Under the pieces are notes generated by a model, which searched no databases, was not told the origin of the DNA, and saw nothing but the letters and a program-made list of their open reading frames with translations. A stretch of DNA of 64,000 nucleotides, from the NCBI GenBank assembly GCA_963662335.2, contig CAXXVD010000005.1, positions 416,001 to 480,000 on the forward strand, read 5' to 3'. Numbering within the stretch: position 1 is the first letter of the stretch; each line of letters opens with the position of its first letter. Both the position numbers and the translations under genes were made by a program. Of this stretch, positions 31,405-40,959 are shown in pieces. This DNA is from Chloroflexota bacterium. Lineage in GTDB: Bacteria; Chloroflexota; UBA11872; VXOZ01.

Positions 31405-34400
31405 CTATTCCGCCACCTCTAACCGCTCGATAGTTGGCCTCCGCCGCTCAGAACGGCGGAAGATCCCGGGAATGCTCTGGTTGGCCAGCGTGTAGACCAC
31501 CGGCACCACCAGCAGCGTCAGGAACGTCGAACTCACCAGACCGCCGATTACCACCGTGGCCAACTCCGCGCCCAGAATACCGCCCGTGTCTTCGGAGAAC
31601 GCCGCCAACGGTATCAGGGCAAAGCTGGTGGTAATGGCCGTCATCAGAATCGGCCGCAGCCGGATGCGCCCGCCCCGCATCAGCGCTTCGAAGACGCTCA
31701 GGCCGCGCTCCCGCAATTGCTCGACAAACGAAACCAGCACCACCGCGTTCGTCACCACAATGCCGATCAGCAGCAGAATGCCCATCATGCCCGGTAGGCC
31801 CAGCGAGCGCCCGGTGATTGCCAGCGCCGCCAGCGCGCCAATCAAGGCCAGCGGCAAACTGGTAACGATCACGAACGGGTTTCGCAGCGAGCCAAGGCTG
31901 CCGACCATCACCAGATAGACCAACACTACGCCCACGCCCATGGCGATGAAGATGTCCTCGAAACCCTCCGTAATCTGCGAGAAGACGCCGGCGTTCGTCA
32001 CGGTCACGCCCGGCGGCAAGTCCAGGGCGTCGATCTTCGCCTGAATCTGCTCGCCAATCACCTGCGTGTCATCCACGGTGAGGTCGCCGCTGATGCTCGC
32101 CGAGCGCAGGCCGTCGGTGCGGGTGATGGTCACCGGCCCCGGCGCCACCCGCACGGTGGCGATCTCGCTCAGCGGCGCAACCCCCGCCGGGCCGGCGATC
32201 ATGAGCGCGCTAATTGTCTCGACGCTATTGATCCCCCTTGCGGCCCCGCTCAAGACTACGTCCACCGGACTGCCGCCCAACTCGACCTGCGTCACCGTCT
32301 GCCCCACCAGAAACTGGTTGATCTGAAAGGCGACGGTCTGGGCGCTCAGGCCCAGCGCCGCGGCCCGCTCCGGATCGACCTCCACGACCACCTCGTCCCG
32401 CGCCTCGCTCACGTCGCTCCTGACGTCCTCGACGCCGTCGATTGTTGCCAATTCGGCCTCGAGCGCGAGCGCGATGGGCGCAATGTCGCCGTAGTTGTTG
32501 CCCGTGATGCTAATCTCCAGCCCCGCCGCCGGGGGGCCGCCGCCTACGTCGTTGATGCTGATGCGGCGATCATCCGTGCTTGGCAGCCGTTCACGCAAAT
32601 ACCCCAATATGTCCTCGGGCGCGTCCTCCTTCAGGCTGATGAACACTGCGGCCTGGTTGAAGCTCGCCGCGAAACTCTGACCGCCGGAGCGGTTGGTCGC
32701 GCCCACGGTGCTGTCGTAGACGTCGGCTACTGGCGCGATTTCGCTCTCTATGTCGCTGACCGCGGCCAGGGTAGCCTCAGGCGGCGTGCCCGGCGGCAGC
32801 ACCATGTTGATCGTGACGAATTCCGTATCGCCGGCAGAGAAGAGATTGATCGGAATGAAGCGCAAGAGACCCAGACTGCCGACGGCAATCACGATGGCGG
32901 CCAACAGCGTGAGCGCCTTGTGCCTCAGCGACCAGCGCAGCATGGGCACGTAGATGCGCTGCATCCACGTCTCCGTCTCCGGGATTTCCTCTCCCTCGCC
33001 CACGCCCTCCGGCAGGTCTCCCGGCCGGAGCAGATACGCGCCCAGCACGGGCACGGCGGTAAGCGAGACCACCAGGGAGGCGATCAACGCAAAGCTGACC
33101 GCCAACGCGAACGGAAAGAAGAACGCCCCCACGAGACCTTGTATGAAAGCCAGCGGCGCGAACACGACAATCGTCGCCAACGTGGAGGCCGTGATGGCGG
33201 GGCCCACTTCCACCGTCGCTTCCAGCGCGGCGCGCCAGCGGTCCCGGCCGACCTCGATGTTGCGGTAGACGTTTTCCAACACGACGATGCTGTCGTCTAC
33301 CACCCTGCCGACCGAAATCGCCAGGCCGCCCAACGTCATGAAGTTCAGCGCAAGCCCCTGCCAACTCATGAGCAACACGGCGGTGAAGATGCTGAGCGGG
33401 ATCGAAAGCACGATCACCAGTGTGGGCCGCAGCGTGCGAAACACACCCCGCAACACGCTGGGGCGCACGGTGAGGAAGAACAGGAAGACCACAATCGAGG
33501 CGAAGCTCAGGCCCAACACCGCTTCGCGCTCCAGCGTGTCGATCTGGGCCTGGATCTGGGGGCCGTCGTTGTAGACGATCACCACGTCCACGTCCGGCGG
33601 CAGGATGTCCAGGTTCGCCACCGCTTCTTCAACGGCGGTCGTCACGTCGATGGTGTTCGCGTCCGGGTCCTTGAATAGGGAGACGTTGATGCTGGGCTTG
33701 CCGTTGGTGCGGGAGATGCTGCGCGCCAGGCCCGCGCCCAGCCGCACGTCCGCCACGTCGGCCAGCCGCACCGGCGGCTGCGGTCCGGCAGCCTGCGCCG
33801 GCGGTCCCGTGAAACCGCGCGGAATCACCAACTCTCGCAATTCATCCAACGACTCCAGCCTGTGCGTGGTCTTTACCGGCAGCACCTGGCCGCCGCTCGT
33901 TATCGCCCCGCCGGGAAACGTGATGTTGTTCTCCCGCAGCGCCTGCGAGACCTGGAAGAGCGACACGCCCCGCTCCAACAAGAGGTCCGGGTCTACCGTG
34001 ATGAGAATGCGCTGTTCGACGTCGCCGGTAACTTCTATATTCGCGATGCCGTCGATGCCGGTGAGTTCCGGCAAGATGCCGGTCTCGAGGATCTCTTGCA
34101 ACTCGACGATTTCACGCTCACCGGAAACGCTGAGGCGAATTACCGGGAAAGAATCCGGGTTGATGCGGCCGACGATCGGCTGGTTGACGCCGTCCGGGAA
34201 GCGCAGTCCACTCACCCTGGAGTTGATGATGTTCTCCACTTCCTCCATGTCCGTGCCAAACTCGAACGTGGCGATGATGACGGACTGGTTCTCGGTGGAG
34301 ATTGACTGCATGGTGTCCAGGCCGTCGATGCCCGCGACCGCGTTCTCCACCGGCACGGTGACGTTTTCGGCAACCGACTCCGGATTGGATGAGGGATAGA

Positions 34401-34566
34401 ACGTCGTAACCGTAACCAGCGGAAACTCCACCTCCGGGAAGAGCTCCACCGGCAGGCGGCCATAGGTGAATATGCCCGACGCCAGCACGAGAATGACGGC
34501 AAGGACCGTAACGGAACGGCGGCGCAAGGCGAGATTGGTGATGAACGCGATCAAGATAACCTCCAC
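31405..34566 (-). CDS. RND efflux transporter (AcrB/SwrC-like)
   Basis: 1053 aa; GRVVDDSIVVLEN, GIVVTNAVVL, RLRPILMT; no adjacent membrane-fusion protein. Confidence 0.96.
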   Translation of the reverse strand: MEVILIAFITNLALRRRSVTVLAVILVLASGIFTYGRLPVELFPEVEFPLVTVTTFYPSSNPESVAENVTVPVENAVAGIDGLDTMQSISTENQSVIIATFEFGTDMEEVENIINSRVSGLRFPDGVNQPIVGRINPDSFPVIRLSVSGEREIVELQEILETGILPELTGIDGIANIEVTGDVEQRILITVDPDLLLERGVSLFQVSQALRENNITFPGGAITSGGQVLPVKTTHRLESLDELRELVIPRGFTGPPAQAAGPQPPVRLADVADVRLGAGLARSISRTNGKPSINVSLFKDPDANTIDVTTAVEEAVANLDILPPDVDVVIVYNDGPQIQAQIDTLEREAVLGLSFASIVVFLFFLTVRPSVLRGVFRTLRPTLVIVLSIPLSIFTAVLLMSWQGLALNFMTLGGLAISVGRVVDDSIVVLENVYRNIEVGRDRWRAALEATVEVGPAITASTLATIVVFAPLAFIQGLVGAFFFPFALAVSFALIASLVVSLTAVPVLGAYLLRPGDLPEGVGEGEEIPETETWMQRIYVPMLRWSLRHKALTLLAAIVIAVGSLGLLRFIPINLFSAGDTEFVTINMVLPPGTPPEATLAAVSDIESEIAPVADVYDSTVGATNRSGGQSFAASFNQAAVFISLKEDAPEDILGYLRERLPSTDDRRISINDVGGGPPAAGLEISITGNNYGDIAPIALALEAELATIDGVEDVRSDVSEARDEVVVEVDPERAAALGLSAQTVAFQINQFLVGQTVTQVELGGSPVDVVLSGAARGINSVETISALMIAGPAGVAPLSEIATVRVAPGPVTITRTDGLRSASISGDLTVDDTQVIGEQIQAKIDALDLPPGVTVTNAGVFSQITEGFEDIFIAMGVGVVLVYLVMVGSLGSLRNPFVIVTSLPLALIGALAALAITGRSLGLPGMMGILLLIGIVVTNAVVLVSFVEQLRERGLSVFEALMRGGRIRLRPILMTAITTSFALIPLAAFSEDTGGILGAELATVVIGGLVSSTFLTLLVVPVVYTLANQSIPGIFRRSERRRPTIERLEVAE

Positions 34567-34857
34567 ACGGTGTGTTGGATTAATGTGCTCTTACTTCTAG
34601 TATACTCAACAATTCGCTTCTCGTGTGGCTTTCGCTATCGAGATTTCCCATTTCGGCGAACGCGCGGCGGGCCGGGAGCGCGGAGACGGCGGGCGCGGTG
34701 CTTGCGTCCGGCGGCGAGCGGCGAATGTCTAACGGTGTGGGCAACGAACGCGACTCATGCGAATGGACGCGCGACGCGGCGCGGGAATCGGTGGCGTTGC
34801 GGCCCGCGCGGAATGGCTCTATGTAGTGACCGGCTGCGCTGGAGGAGCGCGATACGC

Positions 34858-35631
34858 ATGAAGATTCTCTTGGACCCTGGACACGGCGGACGGGACCCCG
34901 GCGCGGTGGGCGCATTGCCCGGCGTCGAATCGGCGCAGCGCCTGCACGAGAAGGACGTTACGCTGGCGGTAGCGCGCCAGGCCGCCAAGCTGCTGCGAGA
35001 ACGCGGCTACACCGTGCTGCTGACCCGCGAGACCGACGAGTACGTGCCCTTGCACGCCCGCACCGGCCTGGCGCTGGCGGAGCAGGCGGACGCCTACCTC
35101 AGTATCCACGCCAACGCCGGCGGCGGCACGGGCTGCGAGGTCTGGTACCAGGAAGGGGACGATTCGTCGCGGGCCTTTGCCGCGGCCCTGGAAAAGGGCA
35201 TCCAAGACGTGGACGTGGTGCCCAACCGCGGCCTGAAAGCCGGCAGCGCCGCCACCCGCACCAACTGGTACACCTTCTCGCAACTGGCCAACGACGCGCT
35301 GCTGGAACTGGCCTTTCTCGACCACCCGCACGACGCGCGGCAGCTTGCGCAACACGCCGACCGCTTCGCCGAGGGCATCGCGAACGCCATCGAGGCGCAC
35401 CTGCCGCTGGTGGAGAAAGAGTATGCCGATTGGCAGACCGAGAAGCGGCAAATCATCGCCCAGCGGGACGCCATGCTTGCCGAAATCTACGCGGAACTGA
35501 TGGCCGACCGCACCGACCTGGCCTACGCCATTCGCCTGGCCAACGGCGGCGAGAACCCCGACGACCTGGGCGGCATGACCCGCGCCGAACGGCTGCGGGA
35601 ACTGAACGAGAAGTGGGCCGGGAAGATCTGA
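34858..35631 (+). CDS. N-acetylmuramoyl-L-alanine amidase (Amidase_3), no signal peptide
   Basis: LDPGHGGRDPGA, EKDVTL, LTRETD, SIHANA, LLELAFL; GGAGG RBS. Confidence 0.92.
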   Translation: MKILLDPGHGGRDPGAVGALPGVESAQRLHEKDVTLAVARQAAKLLRERGYTVLLTRETDEYVPLHARTGLALAEQADAYLSIHANAGGGTGCEVWYQEGDDSSRAFAAALEKGIQDVDVVPNRGLKAGSAATRTNWYTFSQLANDALLELAFLDHPHDARQLAQHADRFAEGIANAIEAHLPLVEKEYADWQTEKRQIIAQRDAMLAEIYAELMADRTDLAYAIRLANGGENPDDLGGMTRAERLRELNEKWAGKI

Positions 35632-35720
35632 GAGCGCCCCGAGACATCCATGCACGTCCGGCGCGCGGGCCGCGCCGGACACAACCTGTCGCGCCACATC
35701 CGACAGAGAGGAGAGAAGAC

Positions 35721-35990
35721 ATGACTGGTTTCGAATTGGCCGGCCTGGGCAGCATCACCGTGGGCGTACGCATCGTGGTTTCCGCCCTCAAGCACGCCGG
35801 GCTGCCCAAGCGCTACGCGCCGATTACGGCGGTGATTCTCGGCGCTATCGCCGGCACTATCGGCGGCAACCTCACCGGCGCGGAGTGGTTCACCAGCCTC
35901 GTGCTGGGCATTCTCGCCGGCGGGTCCGCCGTGGGCCTCTACGAAATCGGCCGCCACGCCACCAATCGCAACGCCAACCCACAGCCGTAG
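35721..35990 (+). CDS. Holin-like small membrane protein
   Basis: 89 aa, 3 hydrophobic segments, ALKHAGLPKRYAP...GILAGGSAVGLYE resembles phage holins; follows the amidase. Confidence 0.7.
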   Translation: MTGFELAGLGSITVGVRIVVSALKHAGLPKRYAPITAVILGAIAGTIGGNLTGAEWFTSLVLGILAGGSAVGLYEIGRHATNRNANPQP

Positions 35991-36180
35991 GGGCAGGCCT
36001 TGTGCCTGCCCCCGTTGCGCCTGCGCCTTGTGCCCGCCCATGTATTCACCGTAGGGGCAGCGCCTTGTGCCTGCCCTCCGTAGGGCCAGTCCCTTGTGCC
36101 TGCCCCGTTTCTGCCGTAGGGGCAGCGCCTTGTGCCTGCCCACGTAGCCACCGTAGGGGCAGCGCCTCGCGCCTGCCCCG
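35986..36180 (+). repeat. Cluster of five GTAG-type REP family C units (CGTAGGGGCAGCGCCTTGTGCCTGCCC)
   Basis: Units at about 35986, 36050, 36079, 36115 and 36152 plus a partial unit; irregular spacing. Confidence 0.85.
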
Positions 36181-36202
36181 AAACGACCCGGCACGCACAC
36201 AA

Positions 36203-36240
36203 AAGGCTTAGGGGCACGACATGTCGTGCCCCTAAGCCTT
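36203..36240. repeat. Perfect 38-bp palindrome (REP-like)
   Basis: AAGGCTTAGGGGCACGACA|TGTCGTGCCCCTAAGCCTT. Confidence 0.9.
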
Positions 36241-36391
36241 CGTGGTGGATATTCGCGTCCCGCAGTCGCCTCAACGATGTTCACAAAGTTGATAGGTCAC
36301 ACGCGCATTAGTATTGTCAAGAGCATCTTTGCTGTTGAGACTGCCATAGTGCTACTATGTAGTTGGATAGATTGACGTGCTATGAGCCATC

Positions 36392-36643
36392 ATGCGAAAA
36401 ATTCGAGCGACAGAATCAAAGGCGCATCTCGCCGCTCTCCTGCGCAACGTCGAGCGTGGCGAAACCGTCGCCATCACGCGCCATGGCAATACGATTGCCC
36501 ATCTTGTACCTGCCCATGCGCAAGACTCTGAATTGCGGCGGGCCGCCGTGGCGCGCTTCCGGCAGCGCCGGCTGCGGTGGCGGCGCGCAGCGATGACCAC
36601 ACAAGAAATACTGGATGCCCGGCATGAGGGTCATCGTTCGTGA
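36392..36643 (+). CDS. Phd/YefM family type II antitoxin
   Basis: MRKIRATESKAHLAALLRNVERGETVAITRHGNTIAHLVP; inverted repeat CATAGT-gct-ACTATG at 36345-36359 upstream. Confidence 0.9.
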   Translation: MRKIRATESKAHLAALLRNVERGETVAITRHGNTIAHLVPAHAQDSELRRAAVARFRQRRLRWRRAAMTTQEILDARHEGHRS

Positions 36644-36702
36644 GCGTCCTCCTTTTCAATTCGTCCGCGGCCGCGGCCGGCACTTCAAGGCAGAGACCAT
36701 AA
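36640..36702 (+). pseudogene. Possible remnant of a VapC/PIN toxin N-terminus
   Basis: GTGA overlap with the antitoxin stop; MSVLLFNSSAAAA then stop after 20 codons. Confidence 0.35.
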
Positions 36703-36802
36703 CGCTAGTTGACCCCGACTCCAGTGCCAAAGCGATGGAAAACCGCGGGGGAGCGCCGTTTTGGCCAAAGTCGCGGGCTTCATCTCGCGAACGGAGCGCA
36801 CA

Positions 36803-38668
36803 ATGGTAGAAAAGCATCGCCGGCGATCCTTCTTCCAACGCGTGCCGGAAACGTTGCAGCTATGCCGCCTGGCCGTATGGCTGGCGTGGCGGGCGCATCC
36901 GCCGCTGGCCGTCCTCACGTTGCTGCTGCTCGTGCTGCAAGCGGCGCTGCCGCCGGTGCAACTCCTGTTCTCCCAGGCCCTGGTGGAGCGGCTCACGTTC
37001 GACCTCGGCTTGACCGCGCAGATCCCGGATCTGGCGCGCCGGCTGCCCTTGGCCGCCTGGATTGGGCTCGCGGCCGGAGCGGTGGCGCTCGTCCAATTCA
37101 TCCAACCGCTTTCCGCCACGCTGCAATCCATCGCCAGCGATCGCATTACGGGTTTCGCGGCCGGCGAACTCATGCGCACCGCCAACCGCTGGCAGGGGCT
37201 GGCGCGGTTCGAGAACCCGGCAATTGCCGACGACCTGGCCCACGCCCGCCGCTACGTGCGCGGCAGCGGCATAACGATCATGAATTACGGCACCCGCGCC
37301 GCGCTCGCCGTGTTCACCGCCGCCGGCGCGGCGCTGGTGTTGGCAACGCTTCACCCACTCGCGCCGCTCCTGCTGGCGCTCTGCACGCTGCCCGCCCTCG
37401 CCCAACGGTGGGACTATGGCGACCGCATGGGCAGCCACCTCTACATGCAATCGCCGCAGGCGCGCCAACTCCAGTACTACCGCGACATGATGCTCACGCC
37501 TGAACCCGCCAAGGACGTGCGCTTCTACCACTTGAACGAGTTCTTCACCCGGCGCTACGCGGCAATCTTCGACCGCGTGATGACCGAACTTGACCGTCTG
37601 CGCCGCGCGCTCGTGCCGCGCGTCACCCTGGCCGGCTTGCTCGCGGCCTTGGCCGTTGGCGGCGTCTGGCTCTGGCTCGCCTGGCGCATCTATCTCGGTG
37701 AAGAGACGCTGGGCGCGTTCGTGCTCTACGGCGGCGCGGCGGCTCTTTTCCACCAGCAACTCCTGGCAATTGGCCTCGACCTGGGCTTCTTCCCCCTGGC
37801 CTTTGGCGCGTTGCGTCCGTTCCTGCGGATGCTGGAAGCGCCGCCGGACCTGCCCGCGCCAAGCCGGCCGCAACCGGCCCCGCGCCCCATACACCGCGGT
37901 ATCGTCTGCGAGGGCGTGCGCTTCGCCTATCCGGGCAGCGACGCGCCGGTGCTGGAGGATGTCTCGTTCCACCTGGAGCCCGGCCAATCCACGGCGCTTG
38001 TGGGCCGCAACGGGGCCGGCAAGACCACGCTGATCAAGCTGCTGCTGCGCTTCTACGACCCCACGGCGGGGCGCATCCTGCTCGACGGCGTCGACCTGCG
38101 AGAATACGACCTGGCCGACCTGCGCCGCGAGATGGGCGTGATTTTCCAGGATTTCGTCCGCTACGAACTCACCGCCGGCGAGAATATCGGCCTGGGAGAG
38201 GTAGACGCGCTCCACGACGCCGCGCGCGTAGAGGCCGCCGCCGCCCGCTCCGGCGCGGACGCGGTCGTCAGCCGCCTGCCGCAGGGACTTGACACCCAAG
38301 TAGGCCGGCAGTTCGGCGGGCGCGAACTCTCCGGCGGCGAGTGGCAGCGGCTGGCGCTGGCGCGCGGGTTCATGCGCGACGCCGCCCTCATCGTGCTGGA
38401 CGAACCCACCGCTTCTCTGGACGTGGAAACCGAGTATGCGGTCTACCGGCAATTCCACGACCTCACGCGAGACAAGATTACGGTTCTCATCAGCCACCGC
38501 TTCTCCACGGTGCGCATGGCCGACCGCATCCTGTATCTGGCCGATGGGCGCATTGCCGAAGCGGGCAGCCACGAGGAACTCATCGCCCAGGACGGCGAGT
38601 ACGCCCGCCTCTATCGGATGCAGGCCGAACAGTACGCCGCAGCAGCGCAAAAGGAAGACACCGCGTGA
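36803..38668 (+). CDS. ABC exporter, fused TMD-NBD
   Basis: GRNGAGKT, LSGGEWQR, LDEPTA, ISHRFSTVR. Confidence 0.95.
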   Translation: MVEKHRRRSFFQRVPETLQLCRLAVWLAWRAHPPLAVLTLLLLVLQAALPPVQLLFSQALVERLTFDLGLTAQIPDLARRLPLAAWIGLAAGAVALVQFIQPLSATLQSIASDRITGFAAGELMRTANRWQGLARFENPAIADDLAHARRYVRGSGITIMNYGTRAALAVFTAAGAALVLATLHPLAPLLLALCTLPALAQRWDYGDRMGSHLYMQSPQARQLQYYRDMMLTPEPAKDVRFYHLNEFFTRRYAAIFDRVMTELDRLRRALVPRVTLAGLLAALAVGGVWLWLAWRIYLGEETLGAFVLYGGAAALFHQQLLAIGLDLGFFPLAFGALRPFLRMLEAPPDLPAPSRPQPAPRPIHRGIVCEGVRFAYPGSDAPVLEDVSFHLEPGQSTALVGRNGAGKTTLIKLLLRFYDPTAGRILLDGVDLREYDLADLRREMGVIFQDFVRYELTAGENIGLGEVDALHDAARVEAAAARSGADAVVSRLPQGLDTQVGRQFGGRELSGGEWQRLALARGFMRDAALIVLDEPTASLDVETEYAVYRQFHDLTRDKITVLISHRFSTVRMADRILYLADGRIAEAGSHEELIAQDGEYARLYRMQAEQYAAAAQKEDTA

Positions 38669-38693
38669 ACATGCTGCAAAGAATGGCGCTCGT

Positions 38694-40589
38694 ATGAACA
38701 CGCTGCTGAGGAAACTACGGCAATTCTGCACCGCCCTCTTCTCCCTCTCCCGCTGGGAGAGGACCAGGGTGAGGGTCGGCAAGCAACTTCAGGACGTCCG
38801 GTCAACCACCGTGCTCCTGGCGCGGGGCCTGGCCATGGTGCTGTCGCCGGCGCCGGGCGTGGCGGCCCTCTACCTCTCGTTGGGGCTCCTGACCGCGGTC
38901 TTGCCCGTGGCGCAGGTGTGGGTGGGCAAAGTGCTGCTGGACCAGCTTGCCCTGGCAGTGGGCGGCGCCGCGATCGCGCTCTCCGCCGTCTTGCTGATCG
39001 CCGCGCTCTATGCGTTGACGATGGCCGCGCAGTCGGCGCTGGAGCCCGTGCAGGAAGCGCTCACCGCCTCGCTGCAAGACCGGGCGGTGGGCGGATTCGA
39101 CCGCCGCCTCCTGGCCGCCGGCGGCCGCCTGGTCGATCTCTACCAGGTTGAGCGCCCGTCATTTCAGGACAAACTCGAGCACGTCACCCTCGGCAGCCAC
39201 GTCATTCCCGGTCTGGCGCCGCTGCTGCAAAGCGGCCTGCGCCCCACCCTGACGTTGCTGGGTTTGCTCCTCCTGCTCGTGCCGCTCCACCCGCTGATTC
39301 CCCTCGCGCTCCTGCTCGTAACCGTGCCCTATCTGCTCAGCGAGCGGCGCATGGCGGACAGCCGCCAAACGGCCCTGGCCAAGTATTCGCGCGCCGCCCG
39401 CGAAATGGACTACTACTTCCAGGTTACGACCGAACCCCAACCGGCCAAGGAAGTGCGGGTCTTTGGCCTGGGCGGCTTCTTCCTGCAACGCTTTGAGGAG
39501 CGGCGCATACAGGCCCTGCGGGAACTTGATCGGGTGCGGTTCGTCCACCTGCGCAGCAGCGGCTTCTTTGGCGCGCTCTACGCCGCGGCCCTGGGCGGCG
39601 GCTTCTGGTACGTGGCGGCCCAGGCCGGCGCGGGAAACTTGACCATTGGCGACATTGCCCTCTATCTCGGGGCAATCGTCCAGGCCGAAGCCGCGCTCCG
39701 CCTCGTGAGCGTCTGGTCCGGCCGGTTCTACGCAATCACCCTGCGGCTGGAGACGATCTTCAACTTCCTCGACCACAGCCGGCCGCAGATTGCCCTGCCC
39801 GCGCCCGCGGCGGCGCGAGACGCCCCCGCCCTGCTGCAACAGGGTATTGCGCTGCGCGACGTGACGTTCCAGTACCCCGAGGGCGATTCCGACGTGCTGC
39901 GGGCCGTCAGCGGGACGCTGCCGGCCGGCAAGGTGACGGCCCTGGTGGGCGTCAACGGCGCCGGCAAGAGCACCCTTGTCAAACTCATCACGCGCATGTA
40001 CGACCCAGTGGATGGAGATATTCTGCTGGACGGCCAGCCCTTGCATGCTTACGACTTGGAGAGCCTGCGGCAGCGCATCGCCGTGGTCTACCAGGACTTT
40101 GCCCAGTTTGCCTTGAGCCTGGGCGAGAACATCGCGGTAGGCGAGGGCGGACTGGATGCGAACGACGAGCGCATGCGCCAGGCGGCGGCGTGGGCCGGGG
40201 CCGACCAGGTGGCAGCCAGTCTAGAGAAGGGCTACGACACGCAACTCACCCGGCGTTTTGCCGGCGGCGTGGAACTCTCCGGCGGCGAGTGGCAGAAGGT
40301 GGCGCTGGCGCGGGGCTTCATGCGCGACGCCGCTTTCGTCATCCTGGACGAGCCGACCGCCGCCCTGGACGCCGAGGCCGAGTACCACCTCTTCCGACGC
40401 TTCCGCGAATTGGTCGCCGGCAAGACCGCGCTTATCATCTCCCACCGCTTCTCCACCGTGCGCATGGCGGATCACATCCTCGTCCTGGAAGACGGCGCCA
40501 TCATCGAAAGCGGCTCCCACCCGGAACTCATGGCCGCCAACGGCCGCTACGCCGCGCTCTACGACATGCAAGCGAGTTGGTACCGCTGA
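38694..40589 (+). CDS. ABC exporter, fused TMD-NBD (likely heterodimer partner)
   Basis: GVNGAGKS, LSGGEWQK, LDEPTA, ISHRFSTVR; start uncertain. Confidence 0.93.
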   Translation: MNTLLRKLRQFCTALFSLSRWERTRVRVGKQLQDVRSTTVLLARGLAMVLSPAPGVAALYLSLGLLTAVLPVAQVWVGKVLLDQLALAVGGAAIALSAVLLIAALYALTMAAQSALEPVQEALTASLQDRAVGGFDRRLLAAGGRLVDLYQVERPSFQDKLEHVTLGSHVIPGLAPLLQSGLRPTLTLLGLLLLLVPLHPLIPLALLLVTVPYLLSERRMADSRQTALAKYSRAAREMDYYFQVTTEPQPAKEVRVFGLGGFFLQRFEERRIQALRELDRVRFVHLRSSGFFGALYAAALGGGFWYVAAQAGAGNLTIGDIALYLGAIVQAEAALRLVSVWSGRFYAITLRLETIFNFLDHSRPQIALPAPAAARDAPALLQQGIALRDVTFQYPEGDSDVLRAVSGTLPAGKVTALVGVNGAGKSTLVKLITRMYDPVDGDILLDGQPLHAYDLESLRQRIAVVYQDFAQFALSLGENIAVGEGGLDANDERMRQAAAWAGADQVAASLEKGYDTQLTRRFAGGVELSGGEWQKVALARGFMRDAAFVILDEPTAALDAEAEYHLFRRFRELVAGKTALIISHRFSTVRMADHILVLEDGAIIESGSHPELMAANGRYAALYDMQASWYR

Positions 40590-40845
40590 CAACTTCCTTT
40601 CTCCAATTTGCGCAGGAGCGCCCAACAGCGGGGAACAACCCGGCGCTCAACGCTCCCGGCCCTCTCCGGTAGCGCAGGTTTGCAACCTGCGTCCGCCGGC
40701 TGCGTTGCCGCAAACTCGCTCATGCGCGCGGTAGTTGACGACCGCACCCTACCCCGACGCCCGCGCGGAGGCCGCCGGTCAAGCGTCTCGCAAAAGGCGC
40801 GACAAAATAACTTATGAAAAATACCCCCATGTACCGCGTATTCAC

Positions 40846-40875
40846 TTGACGTATCTTCATAGCACATTTTATAAT
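40846..40875 (+). promoter_or_regulatory. Sigma70 promoter of the ABC-2 operon
   Basis: TTGACG-18nt-TATAAT followed by an imperfect inverted repeat ATCATA..AGTA..TACT..TATGAT. Confidence 0.7.
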
Positions 40876-40959
40876 CATAAAGTATCTACTTACTATGATG
40901 GATTGTGCGCTTGGCAATGCGCGAGCGCGCTGAGTTGAAAGCCATTGGCGGGAGCACAC

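Noticed and set aside
35986-36180. CRISPR array or repeat-protein ORFs (35523-36284, 35939-36274)
   Set aside because: Degenerate units with irregular spacing of GTAG-REP type; the ORFs are just translations of the repeats.
34570-36700. Prophage
   Set aside because: Only the amidase, holin-like gene and antitoxin; no integrase, terminase, capsid, tail or att repeats seen.
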